DNA of 24,000 nt. Origin: an uncultured Thermoplasmatales archaeon. GTDB lineage: Archaea; Thermoplasmatota; E2; DHVEG-1. Where the stretch lies: contig CAZCPZ010000001.1 in assembly GCA_964499875.1 (NCBI GenBank), positions 1-24,000 of the forward strand. Reading direction: 5' to 3'. The notes below the pieces were generated by a model. The model saw only the letters and a program-made list of their open reading frames with translations. It had not been told where the DNA came from and searched no databases. Both the position numbers and the translations under genes were made by a program. Positions 23,979 to 24,000 of the stretch are shown piece after piece (position 1 is the stretch's first letter; each line of letters begins with the position of its first letter).

Positions 23979-24000
23979 TCTTCTATCTCCTCCGGATCTT

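Overview
AT-rich, gene-dense window that looks archaeal. Supporting signs are archaeal-type tRNA-Glu and tRNA-Gln, Elp3, a PGF-CTERM sorting signal, and TATA-like boxes about 25 nt upstream of several start codons. No BLAST or HMM search was possible, so every family call rests on motifs read directly from the ORF translations. Layout: 1-150, two tandem tRNAs. 0.3-2.5 kb: cinA/pncC-like, rtcA and a PrsW-type protease. 2.6-5.2 kb: a divergent pair of predicted extracellular enzymes, a GH39-like hydrolase and a PHB-depolymerase/CE1-type esterase. 5.3-10 kb: housekeeping genes (PiT phosphate transporter with its DUF47 partner, a DUF89 phosphatase, Elp3). 10.1-15.4 kb: two large secreted glycan-active-looking proteins; the first is split by a 1-nt frameshift and the second is an 852-aa orphan built around a clan GH-A-like core. 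15.4-17.1 kb: an ABC-2 exporter. 17.1-20 kb, minus strand: an orphan membrane protein, a Nei/Fpg-family glycosylase with Thr instead of Pro at position 2, a DUF131-like membrane protein and FolD. The most interesting part is a tightly packed three-gene minus-strand operon at 20040-23978. It encodes (i) a 926-aa protein with seven FG-GAP repeats, an unassigned core, a cohesin and a dockerin, (ii) a small cohesin protein ending in a PGF-CTERM anchor, and (iii) a dockerin fused to an SCP2-like domain. I read this as an uncharacterised, non-cellulosomal, self-assembling surface complex. None of the nearby hydrolase-like proteins carries a dockerin. I saw no CRISPR array, rRNA, transposase or integrase.
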